Below are positions 29,466-39,310 of a DNA stretch of 64,000 nucleotides, one piece after another (position 1 is the stretch's first letter; each line of letters opens with the position of its first letter). The DNA comes from Dehalococcoidia bacterium (GTDB lineage Bacteria; Chloroflexota; Dehalococcoidia; UBA2979). The notes under the pieces were generated by a model that saw only the letters and a list, made by a program, of their open reading frames with translations, did not search any database and was not told where the DNA came from. The stretch is taken from the NCBI GenBank assembly GCA_965262725.1, contig OZ253555.1, positions 3,136,001 to 3,200,000 on the forward strand, given 5' to 3'. A program made the position numbers and the translations under genes.

Positions 29466-30455
29466 GTGAAGCTCGCGACGTTCGAGGCGAGAGACGAGGG
29501 GGTCGGGACCCCGAACGGTGCGACGGCCGACGGCGGTCGCGAGCGCATCGGTGCCGTCGTCGACTCCGACAGCGCCGTCGTCGACCTGCAGGCCGCCCAC
29601 GAGCTCCAACATGGCGAGCCCGCGCCCCATCTCGCGAGCATGCTCGCGCTCCTGGACGGCGGCGAGCCCGCCCTCGAGAACGCGAGGCGGCTCGCCGAGG
29701 CGGGACCCACCGCCTCCGTGCGGGCGCTCGACGACGTCCACCTCCTCGCGCCACTCCCGCGGCCGCGGCAGATCCGCGACTTCCTCTGCTTCGAGGAGCA
29801 CCTCCAGAACGTCGTGGACCAGATGAGGCGGCGCGGGGCCTCGGGCGCGCTGGGCATCGCGCCGGTGTGGTACGAGCAGCCGGTGTTCTACACGGCGAAC
29901 GCGCTTGCCGTGGTCGGTCCCGACGCCGAGGTCACCTGGCCTCCCTACTCCACGTCGATGGACTACGAGCTCGAACTCGCCCTGGTGATCGGGCGCGCAG
30001 GAAAGAACATCCCCCGGGAGGAGGCGCTCTCACACGCCTTCGGGCTCACCATCCTCAACGACCTCTCCGCGCGCGACGCGCAGATGCAGGTGATGCCCGC
30101 CGGCCTGGGCCCCGGCACCGGCAAGGACTTCGACGGCGGCAACGTGCTCGGGCCCTGGATCACGACGCTCGACGAGATAGGCGACGTGCAGGGGCTCGCG
30201 ATGGAGGTGCGCGTGAACGGGGAGCGCTGGGGCGGTGGGAACTCGGCGTCGATGCACCACGACTTCGCGGCGATGATCGCGCACGTCTCGCGCGGGAGCA
30301 CGCTCCACCCCGGCGAGGTGCTCGCCTCCGGAACGGTCGGGACCGGCTGCGCCTTCGAGATCGGGCGCGATCTCTCGGATGGCGACCTCGTCGAGCTCGA
30401 GGTCGAGCGCATCGGCGTGCTGCGGACACGCGTGCGGCGCGCCCCGGCCGGCTGA
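29466..30455 (+). CDS. Fumarylacetoacetate hydrolase family protein
   Basis: RDFLCFEEH, DYELEL, NDLSARD, GKDF, SGTVGTG. Confidence 0.9.
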   Translation: MKLATFEARDEGVGTPNGATADGGRERIGAVVDSDSAVVDLQAAHELQHGEPAPHLASMLALLDGGEPALENARRLAEAGPTASVRALDDVHLLAPLPRPRQIRDFLCFEEHLQNVVDQMRRRGASGALGIAPVWYEQPVFYTANALAVVGPDAEVTWPPYSTSMDYELELALVIGRAGKNIPREEALSHAFGLTILNDLSARDAQMQVMPAGLGPGTGKDFDGGNVLGPWITTLDEIGDVQGLAMEVRVNGERWGGGNSASMHHDFAAMIAHVSRGSTLHPGEVLASGTVGTGCAFEIGRDLSDGDLVELEVERIGVLRTRVRRAPAG

Positions 30456-30596
30456 GTCCGGCGGCACGCCAGCCCGCGCGCAGCGATTGACAGTGAACCG
30501 TCAGGGCTATTCTCTAGTAGGTGGCCAGATCGACGTGAGCCGCCGACCGCCCCTCCGGGGTTGCGCGCGGGCGCGCAGGGGGAATCGGGGTAGACG

Positions 30597-32318
30597 ATGG
30601 CAGGCAGCGGCAAGGTACTGCATTTCGGGGATACCGCCCGGCGGGATCTGCAGACAGGCGTCGCGGCGCTGGCGCGGGCCGTCCAGGTCACGCTCGGTCC
30701 GCGTGGGCGCAACGTGGTCCTCAACCGTGGCGGCGGCGGCGGGACCTTCACGAAGGACGGCGTCACCGTCGCACGTGAGATTGAGCTCCGCGACCAGTTC
30801 CCGAACATGGGCACGCAGCTCCTGAAGCAGGCCGCCGAGAAGACCAACGACACGGCCGGCGACGGCACGACCACCGCGGTCGTTCTGGGGCAGGCCATCT
30901 ACGACGAGGGCGTCCGCAACATCGCGGCCGGCGCCGACCCGATGTCGCTCCGCCGAGGACTCGACCGTGCCCTCGGCGTCGTGAGCGAGGAGCTCACGCG
31001 CCTCGCGGTCCCGGTCGAGCAGGCGGAGATGGTCAGGCAGGTGGCGACCGTCGCGGCCAACGGCGACGCGGAGATCGGCGGACTGCTCGCCGACGTCCTC
31101 GACAAGGTCGGGCGCGACGGCGTGATCACGATCGAGGAGGGGAAGAGCACCGAGTTCGAGACCGAGGTCGTCGAGGGCTTGGTGATCGAGAATGGCTGGC
31201 TCTCCCCCCACTTCAACACCGATACGGATCGGCTGGAGTGTGTGATCGAGAAGCCCTACATCCTCATCACCGACATGAAGCTCAGCACGCTGCAGCAGAC
31301 CATCCCCTTCCTCGAGCGCTTCCTGCAGCACTCGAAGGACCTCGTGATCATCTGCGAGACGATGGACAACGAGGTCCTCTCGACGCTCGTCCTGAACAAG
31401 ATGCGCGGCAACCTCCATCCGCTGGTGGTGCGCGCGCCGAACTTCGGCGACCGCCGCAAGCAGGTTCTGGAGGACATCGCGACGCTGACCGGGGGCTCGG
31501 TCGTCTCCGTCGAGCAGGGGCACAGCATCGAGAAGGTCGCGTTCGAGGCGCTGGGCCGCGCCGACCGCGTGGTCAGCGGGCCCCGCCGCACGACGATCGT
31601 CGGCGGCCAGGGCTCGGAGGAGAGCATCCGCGAGCGCATCGACTCGCTGCGCGGGCAGATGGATCTCACCACGGACAGCTACGAGCGCGAGGCGATCCAG
31701 AAGCGCCTCGCCGCCGTGGCGGGCGGCGTCGGCATCGTCCGCACCGGAGGCACTAGCGAGGCCGACGTCAAGGAGAAGAAGTACCGGGTCGAGGACGCGC
31801 TGAACGCGGTGCGCGCGGCGCTCGAGGAGGGCGTGGTGCCGGGTGGCGGCGTCGCCTTCATTCGGGCGCGCAGCGCGCTTGAGCCGCTGATCGCCGAGCT
31901 CGGCTCATCGGACGAGGGAACGGCCGTCCGCATGCTGTACAGCGCGCTCGCCTCGCCGCTGCGCGAGATCGTGCGGAACGCCGGGGGTCTGGGCGACGTT
32001 GTCGTGCGCGACGTAGAGAACGCGACCGGCAACACGGGCTACGACGCGGCGGGCGAGCGCTTCGGCGACATGATGGAGTTCGGGATCATCGACCCGGTCA
32101 AGGTGGCGCGCGTGGCGCTCGAGAACGCGGTCTCGGCGGCAGCGATGATGCTCACCACCGAGTCGCTCGTCTCCGACCCGCCTGTGGACCAAGCGGAGGA
32201 GGAGGCCGCGGAAGCGGCGATGGCCGCAGCCGCCGCGTCGGGCGGCATGGGCGGCGGCATGCCGGGCATGGGCGGCATGGGCGGCATGGGCGGCGGCATG
32301 CCGGGGTTCGGGATGTAG
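30597..32318 (+). CDS. groEL: Chaperonin GroEL (divergent paralog, no adjacent groES)
   Basis: TLGPRGRNV, KDGVTVA, AGDGTTTA, EEGVVPGGG, GIIDP.KV, GGM tail. Confidence 0.95.
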   Translation: MAGSGKVLHFGDTARRDLQTGVAALARAVQVTLGPRGRNVVLNRGGGGGTFTKDGVTVAREIELRDQFPNMGTQLLKQAAEKTNDTAGDGTTTAVVLGQAIYDEGVRNIAAGADPMSLRRGLDRALGVVSEELTRLAVPVEQAEMVRQVATVAANGDAEIGGLLADVLDKVGRDGVITIEEGKSTEFETEVVEGLVIENGWLSPHFNTDTDRLECVIEKPYILITDMKLSTLQQTIPFLERFLQHSKDLVIICETMDNEVLSTLVLNKMRGNLHPLVVRAPNFGDRRKQVLEDIATLTGGSVVSVEQGHSIEKVAFEALGRADRVVSGPRRTTIVGGQGSEESIRERIDSLRGQMDLTTDSYEREAIQKRLAAVAGGVGIVRTGGTSEADVKEKKYRVEDALNAVRAALEEGVVPGGGVAFIRARSALEPLIAELGSSDEGTAVRMLYSALASPLREIVRNAGGLGDVVVRDVENATGNTGYDAAGERFGDMMEFGIIDPVKVARVALENAVSAAAMMLTTESLVSDPPVDQAEEEAAEAAMAAAAASGGMGGGMPGMGGMGGMGGGMPGFGM

Positions 32319-32400
32319 CCGGCCCGCTGGGAGGCCCCGGCCTCCCGTCCGGCGCGCGGAGAGCGCGACCCCGCGAACCCCGCCCGCCTCGAGAGGCCTC

Positions 32401-33627
32401 CTAGCCCCGCGGGAGGCCGAGCCCTCTCGTCGCGATCACGTTGCGCTGGATCTCGAGCGTGCCGCCGCCGATCGAGGCCGCCCGCTCCACGTATCCGTGC
32501 GTGAAGCCGGCCTCCATCGCCGCGGTCGGATCCTCGGGGTCCCAGAGATTCGCGTAGAGCCCGAACGCCTTGTTCGCGGTGATGTTCAACCCCTGCTCAG
32601 CCTCGTAGCCGACGATCTTCGACACGGAGGCCTCGTAGTTCGGCACGATGCCCCGGCGCTGCATCGTGATGATGCGGAGCGAGAGGTTGAAGAGCACCGC
32701 CGCCGCCACGGCCCGCTGCGCCACCTGCTGGCGGAGCGCATCGTAGCGCGACAGCCGCGAGCGGCCCGCGCCCTGCTCGGTGCCGAGGTAGGCGAGGAGC
32801 CGGTCGATCTTACGCTGCACCGACATTGCGCCGGTGATGTTGGAGCGCTCGTTGTCCAGGAGCGTCATCGCGACGTACCAGCCGCGGTTCTCCTCGCCCA
32901 CCATCTGGTCGGCGGGCACGCGCACGTCCTCGAAGAACTCCTCGTTGAACTCGTGGCCCCAGGCCATGTTGACGAGGGGGTTAATGGTGACCCCCGGCGA
33001 CCGGAGGTCGACCAGGAGGAACGTGATCCCGCGGTGTTTCGGCGCATCCGGGCTCGTGCGCGAGAGCAGCATGATCCAGTCGGCGTAGTGGGCGTGGCTG
33101 GTCCACACCTTCTGGCCGTTGACCACGTACTCGTCGCCATCGCGGACCGCCCGCGTCTGGAGCGAGGCGAGATCCGACCCGGCCCCGGGCTCCGAGAAGC
33201 CCTGCGCCCACACGATGTCCCCGCTCAGGATCGGCGGGAGGAAGCGTGCCTTCTGCTCGCCGGTGCCGTGCACGATGAGAGTCGGCCCCAGCATGTTGAG
33301 CCCGACGTTGCTTGCGGGGGGCGCCACGTTCGCCCGCGCCAGCTCAGCGTTGAGGATGAACTGCTCCATCCACGAGAGCCCGCCGCCGCCGTACTCCGCC
33401 GGCCAGTGCGGCGCCACCCAGCGCTCGGCAGCCACCGCCTCAAGCCACTCCCGGGAGGCACGCTCGCGCTCCGGGTCACCGGACGCCCGGTCCACGGCCC
33501 ACGGGTAGTTGCTCTCCCGGTAGTCGCTCTCCGCGAGATCGCGGTAGCGGACGGGCAGCTTCGACTGCACCAGCTCGCGGACCCGCTGGCGGAACGCCGC
33601 CTCCTCGGTCGTGTCGGACCAGTCCAC
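32401..33627 (-). CDS. Acyl-CoA dehydrogenase family protein
   Basis: QGFSEPGAGSDLA, NGQKVWTS, IGGGTLEIQRN; AGGAGG RBS before GTG. Confidence 0.92.
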   Translation of the reverse strand: MDWSDTTEEAAFRQRVRELVQSKLPVRYRDLAESDYRESNYPWAVDRASGDPERERASREWLEAVAAERWVAPHWPAEYGGGGLSWMEQFILNAELARANVAPPASNVGLNMLGPTLIVHGTGEQKARFLPPILSGDIVWAQGFSEPGAGSDLASLQTRAVRDGDEYVVNGQKVWTSHAHYADWIMLLSRTSPDAPKHRGITFLLVDLRSPGVTINPLVNMAWGHEFNEEFFEDVRVPADQMVGEENRGWYVAMTLLDNERSNITGAMSVQRKIDRLLAYLGTEQGAGRSRLSRYDALRQQVAQRAVAAAVLFNLSLRIITMQRRGIVPNYEASVSKIVGYEAEQGLNITANKAFGLYANLWDPEDPTAAMEAGFTHGYVERAASIGGGTLEIQRNVIATRGLGLPRG

Positions 33628-33911
33628 GTCGCCCCTCCTTGCGCGAGCACCCACGCCCGCTCGGGCGCCGCAGATGGTCGCAAGCGGCGCCGCCTGTGTG
33701 GGATGTTACGCTTGCTGATGCCGATCTTGTCGATCGGGGCGGGGTGCCGAAAGCGGGCGGGGATCGCGATCCTGGCGGAGCGAGCGCTCCACTAGGCCGC
33801 TGGCGGCGTTCTAGCTACAATAGCGGTGTCGTGCCAAACACTCCGGCACGCTGGATGAAGGCCGCCAACCGGCCCGCGTCGGCTCGGGAGGCACCAGGGG
33901 GGAGTCCCAGC

Positions 33912-35645
33912 TTGTCAGGTATTGAGTTGATTGCACGGCGCGTGACGCGCCGCGGGTTCTTGCGGGCGTCAGCGCTCGGGGGGGTCGGGCTTGCCACGGC
34001 CGCCGTCATCGGCTGCGGCGACGACGATGACGACGAGCCCGCGCCGGCAGCGCAAGCAACCGCAGCTCCGGCAGCGACGGCAGCTCCGGCAGCGACCGCC
34101 GCTCCGGCAGCGACCGCCGCTCCGGCGGCGACGACCGCTCCGGCAGCGACGGTGGCTCCGACACCCACGGAGGTCGTCAGGAAGTCCGGGAAGATGATCC
34201 CCGCGGTCGTGAACCCCGGCAACACGCTCGACCCGAACTCGACGGCGGGGAGCGTCCAGGAGTTCCACGCGATCTACGACACGCTGACGAGGCTCGATCC
34301 CGTCAGCAACTCGATCATCCCGGCCTTCGCGACCGGGTGGGAGACGGCCCCGGGCGACCCGACCACTTGGATCTTCACGATCCGCGAGGCGGAGTTCTCC
34401 GACGGCGTGAAGATCACGGCGGAGGACGTCAAGTTCTCGTTCGACTACTACGGCAACGCCGACAACAAGTCGAGCCTGAGGTCCCGCGTCAACACCATCG
34501 GCAGCGTCGAGGTGATCGACCCCGTTACGATCGCGCTCAAGACCGCGATCGGGGGCGAGTCTTTGCCGGACCCGATCATCCCGCGCCGCCAGCACCTGGT
34601 CTTCATGCTGCCCAAGCACATCTTCGAGGACCCCTCGAAGGGGAAGGAGTTCCAGGCGGAGCAGGCGGTGGGCAGTGGTGCCTACGTCCCCGGCAACTAC
34701 GTCCCCGGGGCCGAGATCCCGCTCCTCGCGAGTCCCTCGTCGTGGCGCGGCACCAAGGGTCTGGACGACGTTGATCTCAAGGTGATCAAGGAGCAGACGA
34801 CCCGCATCGCTGCGCTCGAGACCGGCGCGATCGACATGACGACCGGGCTCCCGGCACGGGATCTCAACCGCATCGACGGCTTCGACAACATCGTGCTGGG
34901 TCGTAACCCGAGCACGCAGTGGCGCGGCTGGTCGATGGAGTACTTCCAGGACCCGACAAAGGACGTGCGTGTCCGCCGCGCGCTCTCGCACTCGCTCGAG
35001 CTCGACAGCGTCATCGATGAGATCTACTTCGGCCGGGCCGTGAAGATGGACGGACAGCCGCTCACGACCCACACGTTCGGGTACAACCCGGACCTCGAGC
35101 CGTTCGCGTACGACCCGGACCTCTCGCGGCAGCTGCTCGCCGATGCCGGCTACCCGAACGGCTTCGAGACCACGCTCACCTCGCGCGTGGAAGGCAACCC
35201 GGAGTTCGCCTCGCAGGCGCTGGCGGCGGCCGACAACTTCGAGGGCATCGGCGTCAAGACCAAGATCAACAACATCGAGACCGCCACCTGGCGGGACGGC
35301 ATCTACGGCCGGCAGCCGCGAACGCCGCACGTCTACCACATGCCGTTCTCGGCCTTCGTGCTCGCGGACGCCTCGTTCGCCTACTCGTGGCTGCGCAAGG
35401 ATGCCGCGTCGGCGTACTACGACAACCCGAAGTTCGAGTCGAAGTTCGTCGAGGGTCTCACCACGATCGACAATGAAGCCCGCGAGCAGCTCTACCGAGA
35501 GGCGACGGCGGAGCTCAACGCCGACCCGGTCGCGCTGTGGACGATCCATGCGGAGGAGTACCACGCCTGGCGCGAGGACAAGTTCGCCGAGGTGCACCCG
35601 GCCGGTCAGCCGATGGTGTTCTTCGATCAGGTCGTCGTGCTGTAG
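33912..35645 (+). CDS. Tat-exported family 5 ABC substrate-binding lipoprotein
   Basis: TRRGFL, IGC lipobox, AATAAP linker, FSDG..ITAEDVKFS, DVRVRRALS. Start is TTG 33912 or 33927. Confidence 0.88.
   Translation: MSGIELIARRVTRRGFLRASALGGVGLATAAVIGCGDDDDDEPAPAAQATAAPAATAAPAATAAPAATAAPAATTAPAATVAPTPTEVVRKSGKMIPAVVNPGNTLDPNSTAGSVQEFHAIYDTLTRLDPVSNSIIPAFATGWETAPGDPTTWIFTIREAEFSDGVKITAEDVKFSFDYYGNADNKSSLRSRVNTIGSVEVIDPVTIALKTAIGGESLPDPIIPRRQHLVFMLPKHIFEDPSKGKEFQAEQAVGSGAYVPGNYVPGAEIPLLASPSSWRGTKGLDDVDLKVIKEQTTRIAALETGAIDMTTGLPARDLNRIDGFDNIVLGRNPSTQWRGWSMEYFQDPTKDVRVRRALSHSLELDSVIDEIYFGRAVKMDGQPLTTHTFGYNPDLEPFAYDPDLSRQLLADAGYPNGFETTLTSRVEGNPEFASQALAAADNFEGIGVKTKINNIETATWRDGIYGRQPRTPHVYHMPFSAFVLADASFAYSWLRKDAASAYYDNPKFESKFVEGLTTIDNEAREQLYREATAELNADPVALWTIHAEEYHAWREDKFAEVHPAGQPMVFFDQVVVL
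34059..34160 (+). repeat. Intragenic 18-bp tandem repeat (AAPAAT)
   Basis: gctccggcagcgac repeated about 5 times. Confidence 0.8.
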
Positions 35646-35680
35646 TCCGTCGGCAAGCGCCGACCTACCGGCGAGATGAA

Positions 35681-35710
35681 GAGGGGCCGGCCCCGCGGGG
35701 CCGGCCCCTC
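35681..35710. terminator. Perfect 30-bp palindrome between convergent genes (probable bidirectional terminator)
   Basis: GAGGGGCCGGCCCCG|CGGGGCCGGCCCCTC. Confidence 0.7.
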
Positions 35711-35737
35711 GGTCGTCCAAGGCTCAAGACACCTCCG

Positions 35738-36541
35738 CTAGCGTCCCACGAATGTCGGCGCGCGCCGCTCCGCCACGGCGGCGCTGCCCTCGCGGATGTC
35801 ATCCGTGCGACCGGAGATGCCCACGTTTGTCCAGGCGTAGCGCAGGTGGTCGCGGATCTCCGGCCGCTCCTCCGCATGGTAGAGCGAGCGCCGAACCAGC
35901 CGGACGGTGAGGGGCGGCCCCGCCGCGATGTTCGAGGCGAGCTCCATCGTCGCCTCCATCAGCTGGTCGTCCGGGACGACCTGGAACACCGCTCCCCACT
36001 CGAGAGCCTGGGCGGCGGACAACTCGCGGTCGGTGTAGTACCACGCCAGCGCACGCTGCAGCCCGACCGCGCGGACAGCGGTCCAGCTCACGCCCACCTC
36101 CGGCGCCACGCCGCGCTTGGTGAACATCGGAATCAACCGCGCCGACTCCGCCGCGATGCGAATGTCCTGCATCAGCGCGAAACCGAGGCCGCCGCCGGCG
36201 GCGACGCCGTTGATCGCCGCGATCGTCGGCTTGTCGATCTCGTACCAGGCCAGGGTGAAGCGGCCGCTGATGCCGATCTCGTCCATCGGGGCGTGGCCGA
36301 ACATCGTCCGGCCCGCGTCGGCGACATCCTTGATATCGAGTCCCGAGCAGAAGCCGCGACCGGTGCCCGTCAGCACGACGCAGCGCACGTCGGGATCCTC
36401 GCGAAGCTCGCCGGGGACGCGCATCAACTCCAGCGCCATGGTGACGTTGAAGGCGTTCAGACGCTCCGGTCGGTTCATGCGGACGACGGCGACGCCGTCG
36501 GTGACGTCGATGGCCAGGTGCTCGTAGTCCTGATAGCTCAC
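35738..36541 (-). CDS. Enoyl-CoA hydratase/isomerase family protein (PaaG-like)
   Basis: MNRPERLNAF, FCSGLDI, KPTIAAINGVAAGGG. Confidence 0.9.
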   Translation of the reverse strand: MSYQDYEHLAIDVTDGVAVVRMNRPERLNAFNVTMALELMRVPGELREDPDVRCVVLTGTGRGFCSGLDIKDVADAGRTMFGHAPMDEIGISGRFTLAWYEIDKPTIAAINGVAAGGGLGFALMQDIRIAAESARLIPMFTKRGVAPEVGVSWTAVRAVGLQRALAWYYTDRELSAAQALEWGAVFQVVPDDQLMEATMELASNIAAGPPLTVRLVRRSLYHAEERPEIRDHLRYAWTNVGISGRTDDIREGSAAVAERRAPTFVGR

Positions 36542-36632
36542 GCTTCCCCCTCTGTGCGCGCTCCCGTCGAGCGCGGGGGGATTCTAGCGCGCCCTCCGCC
36601 GCGCGCCCGGCCGCCGGTAGCGGCGCCGCCGG

Positions 36633-37193
36633 TCAGCTTGGCGGGGCGGGGAGGCGGGGTGAGCCCTCCGGCGGCTCCAGCTCAAAGGCGTTGAGCGCGT
36701 AGCAGACGAGCGCGTAGTAGCCGAGGAGACCCGTGAGCTCCACGAGACCGCGGTCCCCGAGGCGCATCTTCAGCGCCGCGAAGGTCGGTCCGGAGACGCG
36801 CGTCGTGCCCACGAGCTCGCGCACGTAGCGGACGATCTCCGCCTCCTCATCCTCGAGCCCGTCGAGCGGTGCGCGGCGGCCCACCGCCTCGATCACCTGC
36901 TCGCGGACCGCGGCCTCCCGCGCCAGGCGGACGTGGGAGGCCCAGGCGAAGTCCGCGTTGTGCTCGCGCGCCAGGGCGAGGATGGCCGTCTCGCGCTGGG
37001 CGGGGGTGAGCTCCGAGCCGAAGCGCACGTAGTTCCCGAGCCGCGCGCCGCGCACGGCGAGCGGCGGGCTCGCGAGGAGCACCCCCCACGGGCCCGAGAC
37101 CGAGCCGTCCCGCTCCGCGGCCACGGCGTCCCACGCGCCCTGCAGCTCGGGCGGAGTGCTCTCCCGCTCCGTGTAGTTCGGCAACCGCGGCAC
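36633..37193 (-). CDS. Carboxymuconolactone decarboxylase/AhpD-like protein
   Basis: GPWGVLL.SP, RETAILALARE....FAWASH, GLVELTGLLGYY. Confidence 0.82.
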   Translation of the reverse strand: MPRLPNYTERESTPPELQGAWDAVAAERDGSVSGPWGVLLASPPLAVRGARLGNYVRFGSELTPAQRETAILALAREHNADFAWASHVRLAREAAVREQVIEAVGRRAPLDGLEDEEAEIVRYVRELVGTTRVSGPTFAALKMRLGDRGLVELTGLLGYYALVCYALNAFELEPPEGSPRLPAPPS

Positions 37194-37224
37194 GTCTCCC
37201 CCTCCCGATCGGCGGTGCGTGGAG

Positions 37225-37620
37225 TCAGTCGAGCACTGCGACCGCGTCGACCTCCAGGAGGTACTCGCGGCGGGCAAGCGCCTCCACGCCGAGCAGGGTG
37301 TTCGCCGGCGGGTGGTCGCCAAACATCGCCTGAAGCTCCGGCACCAGCAGGTCGCGCGACTCGGGACGGAAGCCGACCACGTAGATGGTGAGCTTCGCAA
37401 CGTCGGCGGGGGCAGCACCGGCGGCATCGAGGGCCGCTGCAAGGTTCGCGAAGACCTGCCTCGCCTGCGCCCCGAGATCGCCGGGTCCGACGAGCCTGCC
37501 CGCCTGATCCGTCGCCACCTGGCCGGCGACGTAGACCGTGGTCGTTCCCGTCGTCGTGACCACCTGGCTGTAGGCTCCGGTCGGTTGCCGCAGAGCCGGG
37601 GGATTCTGATGTATAAGCAC
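37225..37620 (-). CDS. RidA/YjgF family protein (lacks catalytic Arg; Rid4-7 type)
   Basis: AYSQVV, VYVAGQV, PPANTLLGV, LLEVDAVAV. Confidence 0.85.
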   Translation of the reverse strand: MLIHQNPPALRQPTGAYSQVVTTTGTTTVYVAGQVATDQAGRLVGPGDLGAQARQVFANLAAALDAAGAAPADVAKLTIYVVGFRPESRDLLVPELQAMFGDHPPANTLLGVEALARREYLLEVDAVAVLD

Positions 37621-37787
37621 TCTGCGCCGCGCCCTCCCAGCCGCGCCACGATAGCGCCGCCGTACACTGGCGTCGCGGTCGCGCCCGCAGCGTGCGGGGG
37701 AAGCCCACGCTCGGGTGGCCGGCGAAGAGGGCGCAACGGGATCCGTCTCGGACGCAGTGTGGGGCATCCCCCGACGGGCGAACGCCG

Positions 37788-38558
37788 ATGAGCGCGCTGC
37801 TCGAGGTCTCCGGGCTCGTCAAGCGCTTCGGGGGCCACCACGCCGTGGACGGGGCGACATTCGCCATCGCCGAGGGATCGATCACCGGCCTCATCGGTCC
37901 GAACGGCGCCGGCAAGACCACCTGCTTCAACTGCGTCGCCGGATCGCTCGACGCCGACGATGGCCGCGTCTCCTTCGCGGGCGAGGAGATCACGAGGCTT
38001 CCGCCGCACGCGATCTTCCGCCGCGGTCTCACCCGCACCTTCCAGATCCCCCAGGAGCTCGGCGCGATGAGCGTGCTCGAGAACCTCATGCTCGTTCCGA
38101 TGGGACAGACCGGCGAGAGCGTGTGGGAGAGCTGGCTGCGTCCCGGCCGGGTCGCCGCCCAGGAGCGAGAGCTCGTCGAGCGCGCGCACGAGACGCTGGC
38201 ACTGGTGCACCTCGACGGTCAGGCGGAGCAGTACGCCCGCAACCTCTCCGGCGGCCAGCGCAAGCTGCTCGAGCTCGCCCGCGTGCTCATGTCCGAGCCG
38301 AAGATGATCCTCGTCGACGAGCCGAGCGCGGGCGTCAACCCGACGCTGACGCTGCGCCTGCTGGAGTTGGTCCGTTCGCTGCGCGACTCCCGCGCCATCA
38401 CCTTCCTCGTCATCGCACACGACATGGACCTCATCGCGCGCCTCTGCGAGACGCTCGTCGTGATGACCAACGGCCGCGTCCTGACCGAGGGCGACCCTCG
38501 GAGCGTGCTCGAGGATCCCCGCGTGCAGGACGCCTACCTCGGGAGCCAGTACCGGTGA
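37788..38558 (+). CDS. Branched-chain amino acid ABC ATPase (LivG-like)
   Basis: GPNGAGKTT, RTFQ, LSGGQRKLLE. Confidence 0.9.
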   Translation: MSALLEVSGLVKRFGGHHAVDGATFAIAEGSITGLIGPNGAGKTTCFNCVAGSLDADDGRVSFAGEEITRLPPHAIFRRGLTRTFQIPQELGAMSVLENLMLVPMGQTGESVWESWLRPGRVAAQERELVERAHETLALVHLDGQAEQYARNLSGGQRKLLELARVLMSEPKMILVDEPSAGVNPTLTLRLLELVRSLRDSRAITFLVIAHDMDLIARLCETLVVMTNGRVLTEGDPRSVLEDPRVQDAYLGSQYR

Positions 38559-39310
38559 GCGCTCTGCTCGAGGTCGAGGGCGTGAGCGCCGGTTACGGGA
38601 GCGTCACGATCGTCAGCGACGTCTCGCTCGCGCTCGATCGCGGCGAGCTCGCGACGATCATCGGCCCCAACGGGGCGGGGAAATCGACGCTGCTCAAGGC
38701 GATCTTCGGACTGTTGCCCATCACAGCCGGTGTGGTCCGGCTGACCGGCGCCGAGGTGACGCATGCCTCTCCGTCACGCATGGTCGGACTCGGCGTGTCG
38801 TTCGTCCCGCAGACCGACAACGTCTTCCCGTCCCTCACCATCCGCGAGAATCTGGAGATGGGCGGGTACCAGCGGCGCGGGGACCTCGATGAGCGCATCG
38901 ACGAGGTGCTGGCGCTCTTCCCCGAACTCCAGCAGCGGCCCGGGGACGCCGCCTCCAAGCTCTCCGGGGGGCAGCGACAGGCGCTGGCGATCGGGAGAGC
39001 GCTCATGCTCGACCCGGCGGTGCTACTGCTCGACGAGCCCACGGCCGCCCTCTCACCCGCCCGGCGGGGGAAGATCTTCGAGCGACTGCTCGAGGTGCGC
39101 GCGGCGGGCGTCGCGCTCCTGCTGGTGGAGCAGAACGCGCGCGAGGCGCTCGCCATCTCCGATCGCGGCTATCTCATCGTCGACGGCCGAAACGCCCACG
39201 AGCAGCCGGGCCCGGCGATGCTCGACAACGCCGAGGTCGGGCGCATGTTCCTGGGCCTCGAGGAGGTGTCGGGTGGCGACGGGGCCGTCTCCCCGGCGGG
39301 CGGCTCATGA
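38555..39310 (+). CDS. Branched-chain amino acid ABC ATPase (LivF-like)
   Basis: GPNGAGKST, LSGGQRQ, LVEQNA; GTG start overlaps the upstream stop. Confidence 0.9.
   Translation: MSALLEVEGVSAGYGSVTIVSDVSLALDRGELATIIGPNGAGKSTLLKAIFGLLPITAGVVRLTGAEVTHASPSRMVGLGVSFVPQTDNVFPSLTIRENLEMGGYQRRGDLDERIDEVLALFPELQQRPGDAASKLSGGQRQALAIGRALMLDPAVLLLDEPTAALSPARRGKIFERLLEVRAAGVALLLVEQNAREALAISDRGYLIVDGRNAHEQPGPAMLDNAEVGRMFLGLEEVSGGDGAVSPAGGS

Noticed and set aside
30456-30596. CIRCE operator or a canonical sigma70 promoter for groEL
   Set aside because: No TTAGCACTC-N9-GAGTGCTAA; the TTGACA-TATTCT spacing is only 15 bp, so no promoter is called.
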